From positions 96,909 through 160,908 of the forward strand of contig CAVTVX010000009.1 of assembly GCA_963738285.1 (NCBI GenBank): DNA of 64,000 nucleotides, in the 5' to 3' direction. Below, one piece after another: positions 8,092 through 16,406 of this stretch; within the stretch, counting starts at the first letter, position 1, and every line of letters starts with the position of its first letter. The notes beneath the pieces were generated by a model that made no database searches, was not told where the DNA came from, and saw only the letters and a list, made by a program, of their open reading frames with translations. The stretch is from an uncultured Gammaproteobacteria bacterium. GTDB lineage: Bacteria; Pseudomonadota; Gammaproteobacteria; Steroidobacterales; Steroidobacteraceae. The position numbers were made by a program, and so were the translations under genes.

Positions 8092-9267
8092 ATGCCCTGG
8101 TCGCCAGTTTGCGCAAGTACGTTCGTGAAGCGCGTCACCGCTGTCGTGGCGCTCGCCGCATTTGCCGCGTCCGCAGACGCGGGTCCGCGCGAGCAGGCGA
8201 AGCGGATGCACGACCGCATCGCGGGCGTGCCGCCGTCCGCCGCGGTGCTCGACGCGATGGAAGCCGAGATCTCCGCCGGCCGGACCCGGCAGGCTGCGCT
8301 GATCGCGATGGACAATCCGTCTTTCTACTCGGTTACGCTCAAGAATCTCGTGACTCCGTGGACCAACCGCGAGCAGACGGTTTTCGCGCCACTCAACGAC
8401 TACTCGGCGACGGTGATCGGCATGGTTCGCGACGACCTGCCGTTCAACGAAGTGCTGTCCGCCGACATCCTCTATGTGGGCAGCGCCGGGCTGGGGTTGC
8501 CCGCGGTGTCCGCCTCGAACAACGACCACTACGAGCAGATGGAGACGCGCGGTGTCAACCTGCTCACGGGCCTGCAACGCACGACGCAGTCTGGCGTCTA
8601 CGGCACGCCGCCCGCGGCCACCGCAGGGATCATCACCTCGCGTGCGGCTGCCCAGTCGTTCTTCATCGCGGGCACCAACCGTGCGATGTTCCGCTTCACG
8701 CTGCTGAACTACATGTGCCGCGAGATGGAGGAAGTCCATGACACTTCGCGGCCACCGGACCGCATCCGCCAGGACGTGAGCCGCAGCCCCGGCGGCGACG
8801 CGCGGCTGTTCCTCAACAACTGCGTCGGCTGCCACGCAGGCATGGACCCGATGGCACAGGCCTTCGCCTACTACACATTCGACGAAGCGCAGGGCCGCAT
8901 GGTGTACACCGCCGGCAACGTGCAGGAGAAGTACTTTCACAACGACACGACCTTCGCATTCGGTTTCCGAACCCCCGACGACCAGTGGGAGAACCGCTGG
9001 CGCAAGGGGCACAACGCGCTGCTCGGCTGGGACCCGTCGCTTCCGGGTTCGGGAAGCGGCGCGAAGTCGCTCGGACAGGAGTTCGGCGCGAGCGACGCTT
9101 TCGCGACCTGCCAGGCCGAGAAAGTGTTCCGCGCGGTCTGCCTGCGCGCGCCGCAGGATGCGGCTGACCGCAGCGAGATCGGCTCGATGGCCGATTCATT
9201 CCGCTCGAGTGGCTACCGGCTGAAGCAGGCCTTCGCCGACGCAGCCACCTACTGCATGGGCGATTGA
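8092..9267 (+). CDS. secreted protein with one CxxCH motif (DUF1585/DUF1588-like heme-binding region)
   Basis: ORF 7999-9267 trimmed to the ATG at 8092 with a GGAG upstream. The signal peptide is VTAVVALAAFAASADA. The motif CVGCHAGMDPMAQAFAYYTFD resembles the C..CH..MDP.G pattern of the DUF1588 family. Confidence 0.5.
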   Translation: MPWSPVCASTFVKRVTAVVALAAFAASADAGPREQAKRMHDRIAGVPPSAAVLDAMEAEISAGRTRQAALIAMDNPSFYSVTLKNLVTPWTNREQTVFAPLNDYSATVIGMVRDDLPFNEVLSADILYVGSAGLGLPAVSASNNDHYEQMETRGVNLLTGLQRTTQSGVYGTPPAATAGIITSRAAAQSFFIAGTNRAMFRFTLLNYMCREMEEVHDTSRPPDRIRQDVSRSPGGDARLFLNNCVGCHAGMDPMAQAFAYYTFDEAQGRMVYTAGNVQEKYFHNDTTFAFGFRTPDDQWENRWRKGHNALLGWDPSLPGSGSGAKSLGQEFGASDAFATCQAEKVFRAVCLRAPQDAADRSEIGSMADSFRSSGYRLKQAFADAATYCMGD

Positions 9268-9277
9268 GGGACAGCCG

Positions 9278-11740
9278 ATGAACCGCAGCGCCAGCTTAAG
9301 TACGCGCGTCCTCGCCGCCCTGCTGCCGGCGCTCGCGTTGCTCGCGCTCGCGGGCTGCGGCGGCGGCGCTTCGACCACCGAAAACCCGGCCACGACGCCT
9401 CCACCCCCCGCCGGCTACACCGGCCCGCCGCCCGCGAGCCAGGACGTGCAGGCCTTCAAGCTGAATCTCTGGGACAACCTGCAGGCCTCCAACCGCTGCG
9501 GGCAGTGCCACGGTGCCGGCGGGCAGGTGCCGAGCTTCGTGCGCAATGACGACATCAACCTCGCTTATGAGGCTGCCAACAGCGTGGTCGACCTCGGCAA
9601 CCCGTCGGCTTCGATGATGGTCACCAAGGTCGGCGGCGGCCACAACTGCTGGCTGGCCAACGACTCGGCCTGTGCCGACCAGCTCACGGTCTGGATCCGC
9701 AACTGGGCGGGCCAGACGCTCGGCGGCACGCGCGGCGCGCCCCTGCAGCCGCCTCCCATCAAGGACGTGGGAGCGAGCAAGTCCTTCCCGGCCAATTCCG
9801 CGCTGTTCGGGTCGACGGTCTATCCCGTCCTGGCGCAGTACTGCTCGCGCTGCCATTCATCGAGTGCGCTCACGCCGCAGTCGCCCTTCTTCGCGGAGGC
9901 GGACGTGGACGTCGCCTATGCGGCGGTGCGCTCGAAGATCAATCTCGATTCGCCCGACCAGTCGCGCCTCGTCGTGCGTCTGCGCGACGAATTCCACAAC
10001 TGCTGGACCGACTGCCCGACGGCCGCCAACGTCATGCAGGCTGCCATCGAGGACTTCGCCAATGGCGTGCCGCTCACGCAGGTCGACCCGAGCCTCGTGA
10101 CCTCGAAGGCGCTGACACTCTACGACGGCACCGTTGCGAGCGGCGGCAACCGCTTCGACAACGCCGCGATTGCGCTGTACGAATTCAAGACAGGCACCGG
10201 CACGGTCGCCTACGACACTTCGGGTGTCGAGCCCGCGCTCAACCTGACGCTATCCGGTGCCGCGACCTGGGTCGGCGGCTGGGGCATCGACCTTCGGGGC
10301 GGCAAGGCCCAGGGCACGACCGCCTCGAGCCGAAAGCTGCACGACCTGATCAAGGCCACGGGCGAATACACGATCGAGGCCTGGGTCGCGCCCGCCAACG
10401 TCGTCCAGGAGCAGGCCTACGTCGTGAGCTATTCCGGCGGCACGACGGCACGGAACTTCACGCTCGGGCAGACGATGTACAACTACGACTATTTCAACCG
10501 CGCGACGACGACCGACGCAAACGGGGAACCCGCGCTGTCGACGCCTTCGGCGGACGAGGTGCTGCAGGCGACACTGCAGCACGTGGTCGCGACCTACAGC
10601 CCCGTCGAAGGCCGACGCATCTACGTGAACGGCGAGCTGAAGTCGACGGCGGATCCGCAGCCTGCGGGCCTTTTCACCGACTGGAACGACACCTTTGCGC
10701 TCGTGCTCGGCAACGAGGTCAGCAACGACCGCACCTGGCAGGGCGTGATCCGCATGGTAGCCATCCATAATCGCGCGCTGACCCCGGCGCAGATCACGCA
10801 GAACTTCGAGGCGGGCGTTGGAGAGCGCTTCTACCTCCTGTTCTCGGTCTCGCACCTCGTCAACGTGCCGCAGAGCTACGTCATGTTCGAGGCGAGCCAG
10901 TTCGACAGCTACTCGTACCTCTTCAACAAGCCGACATTCATCAGCCTTGACGGCAGCCAGGACCCGGACCAGATCCGGGTCAAGGGCCTTCGCATCGGCG
11001 TCAACGGTGCCGAGGCGAAAGTGGGCCAGGCTTACGCGCCGGTGGACCGTACGGTCACCGCCGCCGCCTACGAACCGGGCACCGGCTTCGGTCTTTCGGG
11101 AATCGGTACCGTCGTCGCGCTCGACAAGGGCCCGTCGGCGGACGAGTTCTTCCTGACCTTCGAGCAGATCGGCAACCACAGCCACGCCTTTAACGAGCCG
11201 GCGCCGACACCGTTGCCGCCACCGCCGGATGGAGTCCCGGCCTCCGAAATCGGGCTCCGCACCTTCGAGGAAATCTCGGCTTCGATGTCCGCCATGACCG
11301 GCGTGGCGACGACGAACCCGCGGGTCGCAGACACCTACAACCGCGTGCGCGAGCAGTTGCCCACGGTCGAGAACATCGAGGGCTTCCTGTCCTCGCACCA
11401 GGTCGGCACGGCCCAGCTCGCGATCGAGTACTGCAACGAGCTCGTGGACGACGGCGCGATGCGTACCGCGTATTTCGCGGGCTTCAACTTCGGCGCGCCC
11501 GCCTCGACGGCGTTCGACACGCCGGCCAAGCGCGCCCAGATCACAGGACCGTTGATCGCGCGCGCCGTCGGCACGGGAATGACGACCCAGCCCTCGGCGG
11601 CCGAGATCACGACCGAGATCGACGCGCTGATCGGCAGGCTGACGGCCTGCGGTGCCGGCTGCGCCGCGGATCGCACGGAAATCGTCGTCAAGTCGGCCTG
11701 TTCGGCGGTGATCGGCAGCGCCAGTACGCTGCTGCAATGA
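9278..11740 (+). CDS. lipoprotein with two CxxCH modules and a central LamG (concanavalin A-like) domain
   Basis: 820 aa with lipobox LALAGCGGG. Two tandem modules occur, CGQCHG...GGGHNCW and CSRCHSS...EFHNCW. A LamG_3-like stretch reads TIEAWVAPAN...HVVATYSPVEGRRIYVNGEL...WQGVIRMVAIHNRALTPAQI. Confidence 0.7.
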   Translation: MNRSASLSTRVLAALLPALALLALAGCGGGASTTENPATTPPPPAGYTGPPPASQDVQAFKLNLWDNLQASNRCGQCHGAGGQVPSFVRNDDINLAYEAANSVVDLGNPSASMMVTKVGGGHNCWLANDSACADQLTVWIRNWAGQTLGGTRGAPLQPPPIKDVGASKSFPANSALFGSTVYPVLAQYCSRCHSSSALTPQSPFFAEADVDVAYAAVRSKINLDSPDQSRLVVRLRDEFHNCWTDCPTAANVMQAAIEDFANGVPLTQVDPSLVTSKALTLYDGTVASGGNRFDNAAIALYEFKTGTGTVAYDTSGVEPALNLTLSGAATWVGGWGIDLRGGKAQGTTASSRKLHDLIKATGEYTIEAWVAPANVVQEQAYVVSYSGGTTARNFTLGQTMYNYDYFNRATTTDANGEPALSTPSADEVLQATLQHVVATYSPVEGRRIYVNGELKSTADPQPAGLFTDWNDTFALVLGNEVSNDRTWQGVIRMVAIHNRALTPAQITQNFEAGVGERFYLLFSVSHLVNVPQSYVMFEASQFDSYSYLFNKPTFISLDGSQDPDQIRVKGLRIGVNGAEAKVGQAYAPVDRTVTAAAYEPGTGFGLSGIGTVVALDKGPSADEFFLTFEQIGNHSHAFNEPAPTPLPPPPDGVPASEIGLRTFEEISASMSAMTGVATTNPRVADTYNRVREQLPTVENIEGFLSSHQVGTAQLAIEYCNELVDDGAMRTAYFAGFNFGAPASTAFDTPAKRAQITGPLIARAVGTGMTTQPSAAEITTEIDALIGRLTACGAGCAADRTEIVVKSACSAVIGSASTLLQ

Positions 11741-11753
11741 GGTGCTTGCAACG

Positions 11754-13355
11754 ATGAAGAGAAAATCGCGCCGGGGAGCGGCCAACATCGGTCTTCCCTA
11801 CCGTCACCCGGATCATCCGCGCCCGGTCACGCGCCGGCAATTCGTGGCCCAGGGCTTCGTGACGGGCGCGGCCACCGTCATCGCGCCGACGCTGTTCGGC
11901 CTGTTTGCCAACCCGCGCGCGGCCCAGGCGGCACTGTCGCCCGACCTCGAGACGCTGAAGCAGAGCTGCGGCATCGCCGTGCAGGGCGCGGGCAAGATCC
12001 CGTTCATCTGCATCGACCTCGCCGGCGGCGCCAACATGGCCGGTTCGAACGTGCTCACGGGTGGGCGGGACGGCCAGCGCGACTTCCTCTCTGTCGCCGG
12101 CTACGGCGTCCTCGGCCTACCCGGCGACATGGTGCCGAACGCGCCGAACCCGGGCAGCGCGACCAACGATTTCATCGAGAGCCGGCTTGGGCTCCTGTTC
12201 CACCTGGACAGCGCTTTCGTGCGCGGCATCCTGGAGCGCGTCAGCGTGACGACCGCGGCCAGCGTGAACGGTGCCGTTATCCCGGCGCGCTCCGAGAACG
12301 ATACCGGCAACAATCCGCACAACCCGATGTACGGAATCTTCCGGGCCGGCGCGGACGGCGAGCTGTTGACGCTCATCGGCTCGGAGAGTTCGGAGTCCGG
12401 CGGCAACTCGATGTCGCCTTCGTATCTCGTCGACGCCTCGGCCCGGCCGACAAAGATCGACCGCACGAGCGACGTGACGGGCCTCGTGGACACCGGAAAG
12501 CTCGTCGGCCTGCTTGACCAGGACGACGCGGTGCGCGTCATGGAATCCATCCAGCGGCTCGCGGACGACAAGCTTGCGCGCGTCGACACCGGCATTACCC
12601 GAGACGCCGTCATCAAGGACCTTGTCCGCTGCAACTACGTGAAAGCCGCCGACCTCACCGACCGCTACGGCGACCCGTCGGCGCTCAATCCCGAGCTCGA
12701 CCCGGACATCGTCGGCCCGGCCGGCATCTTCACGCGGGCTGAATTCGACAGCGACGAGGAATTCCGCAAGACAGCCGCCGTCATGAAGCTCGTCATCAAC
12801 GGCTATGCGGGGGCCGGCACGATCACGATGGGCGGCTACGATTACCACGGCCAGGGCCGTGCGACGGGCGAGCGCATGGACCTGCGCGCGGGCCGCTGCA
12901 TGGGCGCCTGCCTCGAGTACGCCGCGCGCCGCGGCGTCCCCCTGATGCTCTACGTGTTCAGCGACGGTTCGCTCAACTCGGACGGCACCGCCGACAACAG
13001 CGTCGACGGGCGCGGCAAGTTCAACTGGTCGAGCGACAACCAGCAGACGGCCGCGTCGTTCTTCCTCGTTTACAGCCCCGACGGCCGTGCGCAACTTTAC
13101 ACGGGCGACAGCCGCCCTCCCGAGCAGCACCAGCAGATCGGCTGGTTCAAGAACGACGGCTCGGTCGAGACGGCGGGCACGCCGGCGGCGAACAACGTCA
13201 ACCTGCTGGTCGAAACCGTGATCCTCAACTACATGGCCCTGCACGGCGAGCAGGGCCAGTTCTCGGCCCGATTCCCGGGCAATGGCCTGGGATCGACTTC
13301 GCTGCAGGACAGCCTCATCGCGTTCAATCCGATCGCCAACGGCACCATTGTGTGA
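11754..13355 (+). CDS. Tat-exported protein, DUF1501-like (sulfatase/alkaline-phosphatase-like fold suspected)
   Basis: The ATG at 11754 is preferred over the GTG at 11742 because GAGGTG lies about 9 nt upstream. The twin-arginine signal is TRRQFVAQGFVTGAATV. MGGYDYHGQG resembles the GGWDTH motif of DUF1501 proteins. The family call is tentative. Confidence 0.5.
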   Translation: MKRKSRRGAANIGLPYRHPDHPRPVTRRQFVAQGFVTGAATVIAPTLFGLFANPRAAQAALSPDLETLKQSCGIAVQGAGKIPFICIDLAGGANMAGSNVLTGGRDGQRDFLSVAGYGVLGLPGDMVPNAPNPGSATNDFIESRLGLLFHLDSAFVRGILERVSVTTAASVNGAVIPARSENDTGNNPHNPMYGIFRAGADGELLTLIGSESSESGGNSMSPSYLVDASARPTKIDRTSDVTGLVDTGKLVGLLDQDDAVRVMESIQRLADDKLARVDTGITRDAVIKDLVRCNYVKAADLTDRYGDPSALNPELDPDIVGPAGIFTRAEFDSDEEFRKTAAVMKLVINGYAGAGTITMGGYDYHGQGRATGERMDLRAGRCMGACLEYAARRGVPLMLYVFSDGSLNSDGTADNSVDGRGKFNWSSDNQQTAASFFLVYSPDGRAQLYTGDSRPPEQHQQIGWFKNDGSVETAGTPAANNVNLLVETVILNYMALHGEQGQFSARFPGNGLGSTSLQDSLIAFNPIANGTIV

Positions 13356-13417
13356 CGTGCGCCGAGATCGCCGGCGCGTCCTGAGTAAACATATCCCGTG
13401 CCGGATCGGCCGGCGTT

Positions 13418-13951
13418 ATGTCACGCGGGGTTGACGTTATGGATACAGGCAATCGTCGCCGCGGCGCGGCCGCACGCCTTTTCATCGCCGCAGCGCTCGC
13501 ATTGATCGGGCTGGCCGCAGCGGCTGCGGAAGGCGCGTCCGCACCGGATTTCGCCCTTTCATCGACCGCCGGGACCAACTATCGCCTGTCCGAATACCGC
13601 GGCGAGGTGGTCGCCCTCGTGTTCTGGGCGAGCTGGTGCGGCGACTGCAGGCAGGAACTCGAGCGCTTCGAGCGCCTGCGACGCACCTACGGCAGCGTCG
13701 GTTTCGTCGTGCTCGGAGTCAATCTGGACCAGGAGCCCGAGCGCGCCGCCGCGCTCGCAGGCGCCGCCGGCATCGGCTTCCCCGTGCTGCTCGATTCAGG
13801 CAAGAGCGTCAGCCGGACCTATCGGGCCGACGACCTGCCCCTGATCGTGCTGATCGACCGCCATGGCGCGATCCGGGCCCGGCATACGGCGCTGGACGAC
13901 CGCGAGGAGCGGGGACTCCTGGTCAACCTTCGCGACCTGATCGACGAGTAA
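13418..13951 (+). CDS. TlpA/peroxiredoxin-like periplasmic thioredoxin (second copy)
   Basis: 177 aa with a signal/anchor LFIAAALALIGLAAAAAEG and the active site WASWCGDC. The start could alternatively be the internal ATG giving MDTGN. Confidence 0.85.
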   Translation: MSRGVDVMDTGNRRRGAAARLFIAAALALIGLAAAAAEGASAPDFALSSTAGTNYRLSEYRGEVVALVFWASWCGDCRQELERFERLRRTYGSVGFVVLGVNLDQEPERAAALAGAAGIGFPVLLDSGKSVSRTYRADDLPLIVLIDRHGAIRARHTALDDREERGLLVNLRDLIDE

Positions 13952-13963
13952 GCGGGAGCGAGC

Positions 13964-14509
13964 ATGAAAACCGCATTGATCTCCTTCCTTGCGGCCGTCG
14001 CGGTTTCGATGCCCGCTATCGCCGCCGACACCGCTGAAGGCGCGGCAGCCCCTGACGAGGAGCGCTCGGCGCTCGATGGCGAGGTCCAGTCGCTGCGCCG
14101 GGAAGTCGTCGACCTCAACCGCGACCTGTTCATGCTGGAGGAGGACCTGCTGTACCCGGCGAGCACCCAGATCGCGGTCTTCGTGTCGATGGATGTTGGC
14201 ACTTTCTTCGCGCTCGACTCGGTGCAGCTCAAGGTCGACGACAGGGAGGTCGCCAACTATCTCTACACCGAACGAGAGCAGGATGCCCTGAAGCGCGGCG
14301 GCGTGCAGCGCCTGTGGCTCGGCAACCTGAAGGCCGGCGAGCATGAAGTCACCGCGTTCTTCACGGGCAAGGGCACGCACGAGCGCGACTACAGGCGCGG
14401 CGCGACGCTCAAGGTCGAAAAGGGAGTCGGCGCGAAGTACGTGGAGCTCAAGATCAGCGACAAGGTGGCAAAGCTCCAGCCCGAGTTCGTGGTCCGCGTC
14501 TGGGAGTGA
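13964..14509 (+). CDS. secreted coiled-coil plus beta-sandwich protein, first gene of the TPR/ExbBD cluster
   Basis: 181 aa with signal peptide MKTALISFLAAVAVSMPAIAA and a coiled coil EVQSLRREVVDLNRDLFMLEEDLLYP, followed by a beta-rich body. I recall homologues next to TPR/ExbB genes, often misannotated. Confidence 0.55.
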   Translation: MKTALISFLAAVAVSMPAIAADTAEGAAAPDEERSALDGEVQSLRREVVDLNRDLFMLEEDLLYPASTQIAVFVSMDVGTFFALDSVQLKVDDREVANYLYTEREQDALKRGGVQRLWLGNLKAGEHEVTAFFTGKGTHERDYRRGATLKVEKGVGAKYVELKISDKVAKLQPEFVVRVWE

Positions 14510-14516
14510 GCGCCGG

Positions 14517-16406
14517 GTGCTGCGCAGTTTCGTCATCCTCACGGCGCTCTCGTCCCCGGCCCTGGCCGCGCCTGTCGTCGAGCAGGATGTCATTCCCGGA
14601 CTGCCGGCCGTTCAGGTGCAGGACCTGCACTATGGCGATGTCCTGTTCTATTTCTACCAGCACAAGCATTTCGACGCGCTCGTCCGTCTCGCCGCGTATC
14701 GCGACCAGGGCCGGATCATCGCGCACGCGCGTGACTCGGAGCTCCTGCGCGGGGGACTGTACCTGTCTCTGGGCCAGCACCGCGAAGCGCGCGAGATCTT
14801 CGAGCGCCTCCTGTCCGACGCATCGACGCCACAGGACGTGCGGGACCAGGCCTGGTTCTACCTCGGCAAGGTGCTCTACGCGGCCGGACTCTTCGAGGAT
14901 TCCGACCGGGCCCTGCGCCAGTCAGCCGGCACGCTTCCGGCGGATATGGAGGCGGAGCGACACCTGCTGATCGCGCAGGGCCTGATGTACCGGGAAAGGT
15001 ATGACCAGGCGATCGCCGAATTGTCGAACTGGCAGGGCCCACGTTACTGGCTGGCCTACGGACAGTTCAACCTGGGTGTCGCTCTCGTGCGGGTCGGCGA
15101 AAAGGAACGCGGGCTCGCGCTGCTCGACAGCGTGGGGCAGCTCGTCACCCGGTGGCCCGAGCTGATGGCGCTTCGCGACAAGGCGAACCTCGCGATCGGC
15201 TACGCGCACCTCCAGGCGGGAGAACCCGCCGACGCGAAACTCGCGCTCGAACGCGTCCGCCTCTCCGGACCCCAGTCGAGCAAGGCATTGCTCGGTGCCG
15301 GCTGGGCCGACGCCGCCGCAAAGCAGTACCAGGCGGCCCTGCTGCCCTGGCAGGAGCTCGAGGGGCGAAACCTCCTCGACGCTGCGGTGCAGGAATCCTA
15401 TCTTGCCGTGCCCTATGCCTACGCCGAACTCGGCGCGATGGCCCAGGCCGTCGAATACTACGAAAAGGCAATTGCCGCTTACGACGCCGAGCGGTCGCGC
15501 ATCGGGGAGTCGATCAATGCGATCCGTGCCGGCCACCTGCTCGACGCCGCGCTGAAGGCCGGTGACGATGGCCGGGAGGACTGGTTCGGCCAGCTCGCGA
15601 CGCTGCCCGACTCCCCGGAATCGCGTTACCTCTATCACCTGCTCGCGGGCAACGAGTTCCAGGAAGGCCTCAAGAATTACCGCGCGCTCGACGCGATGGC
15701 ACGGAACCTTTCGGACTGGTCCGAGAGTCTCGGCGCCTTCACCGACATGGTCGAGACCCGGCAGCAGGCCTTCCGGGAGCGGCTCCCGGCCGCCGACTCA
15801 CGGCTCGCGACGGTGGACGTCGCCGCGATCAACGGACGTCGCGACGCGCTGCAGGCGGAATTCGAGGCGGCGATTGCCCGGCGCGACATTGGCGCGCTGG
15901 CGACGGAAGAGGAGCGCGAGCAGCTGGCGACGCTAGACGCGGTCGATGCGGAACTGTCGCGCCACGCAGGCGACACGACCTACGACGACGCGCGCGAGAA
16001 GGCTCGCCTGGCCCGCGGCGTGTTGCTGTGGAAGCTCGACGCGGCGTGGAACGTGCGTTCCTGGCAGACGAGCCGGGCACTCCGCGAACTCAACGCCTCC
16101 GTCTACGATGCGCGCACGCGCGAGACCGCCGCCTCCCGTGCCCGCGAGGGCGCACCCGAGCGCAACGCGGAGCTGGGGATCCGCGTGACGCAGCTGTCGC
16201 CCCGCGTTGCCGCGCTTTCCGTCCGGCTGGAGCAGGCGAGGGCCGCCCAGGGCAAGCGCCTTGCCGACATTGCGGTCCGCGAGCTCGAGGACCAGCGCAA
16301 ACGGCTCGACGAATACTCGGTTCAGGCGCGATATGCGCTTGCAACGATCTACGACCGCGCGACGGCCGGTCCCGCAGCTGCGAACCCCGGGGAGCGCGTG
16401 CCATGA
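14517..16406 (+). CDS. secreted TPR-repeat plus coiled-coil protein (629 aa)
   Basis: ORF 14343-16406 trimmed to the GTG at 14517, after the upstream stop at 14509. The signal peptide is VLRSFVILTALSSPALA. The N-terminal half has TPR-like helices and the C-terminal half is a long coiled coil. Confidence 0.65.
   Translation: MLRSFVILTALSSPALAAPVVEQDVIPGLPAVQVQDLHYGDVLFYFYQHKHFDALVRLAAYRDQGRIIAHARDSELLRGGLYLSLGQHREAREIFERLLSDASTPQDVRDQAWFYLGKVLYAAGLFEDSDRALRQSAGTLPADMEAERHLLIAQGLMYRERYDQAIAELSNWQGPRYWLAYGQFNLGVALVRVGEKERGLALLDSVGQLVTRWPELMALRDKANLAIGYAHLQAGEPADAKLALERVRLSGPQSSKALLGAGWADAAAKQYQAALLPWQELEGRNLLDAAVQESYLAVPYAYAELGAMAQAVEYYEKAIAAYDAERSRIGESINAIRAGHLLDAALKAGDDGREDWFGQLATLPDSPESRYLYHLLAGNEFQEGLKNYRALDAMARNLSDWSESLGAFTDMVETRQQAFRERLPAADSRLATVDVAAINGRRDALQAEFEAAIARRDIGALATEEEREQLATLDAVDAELSRHAGDTTYDDAREKARLARGVLLWKLDAAWNVRSWQTSRALRELNASVYDARTRETAASRAREGAPERNAELGIRVTQLSPRVAALSVRLEQARAAQGKRLADIAVRELEDQRKRLDEYSVQARYALATIYDRATAGPAAANPGERVP

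Noticed and set aside
13356-13417. A GCGCCG-N7-CGGCGC hairpin after the Tat-protein gene, considered as a terminator.
   Set aside because: It is a short 6-bp stem with no T-tract, and such GC palindromes occur by chance at this base composition. It is not called.
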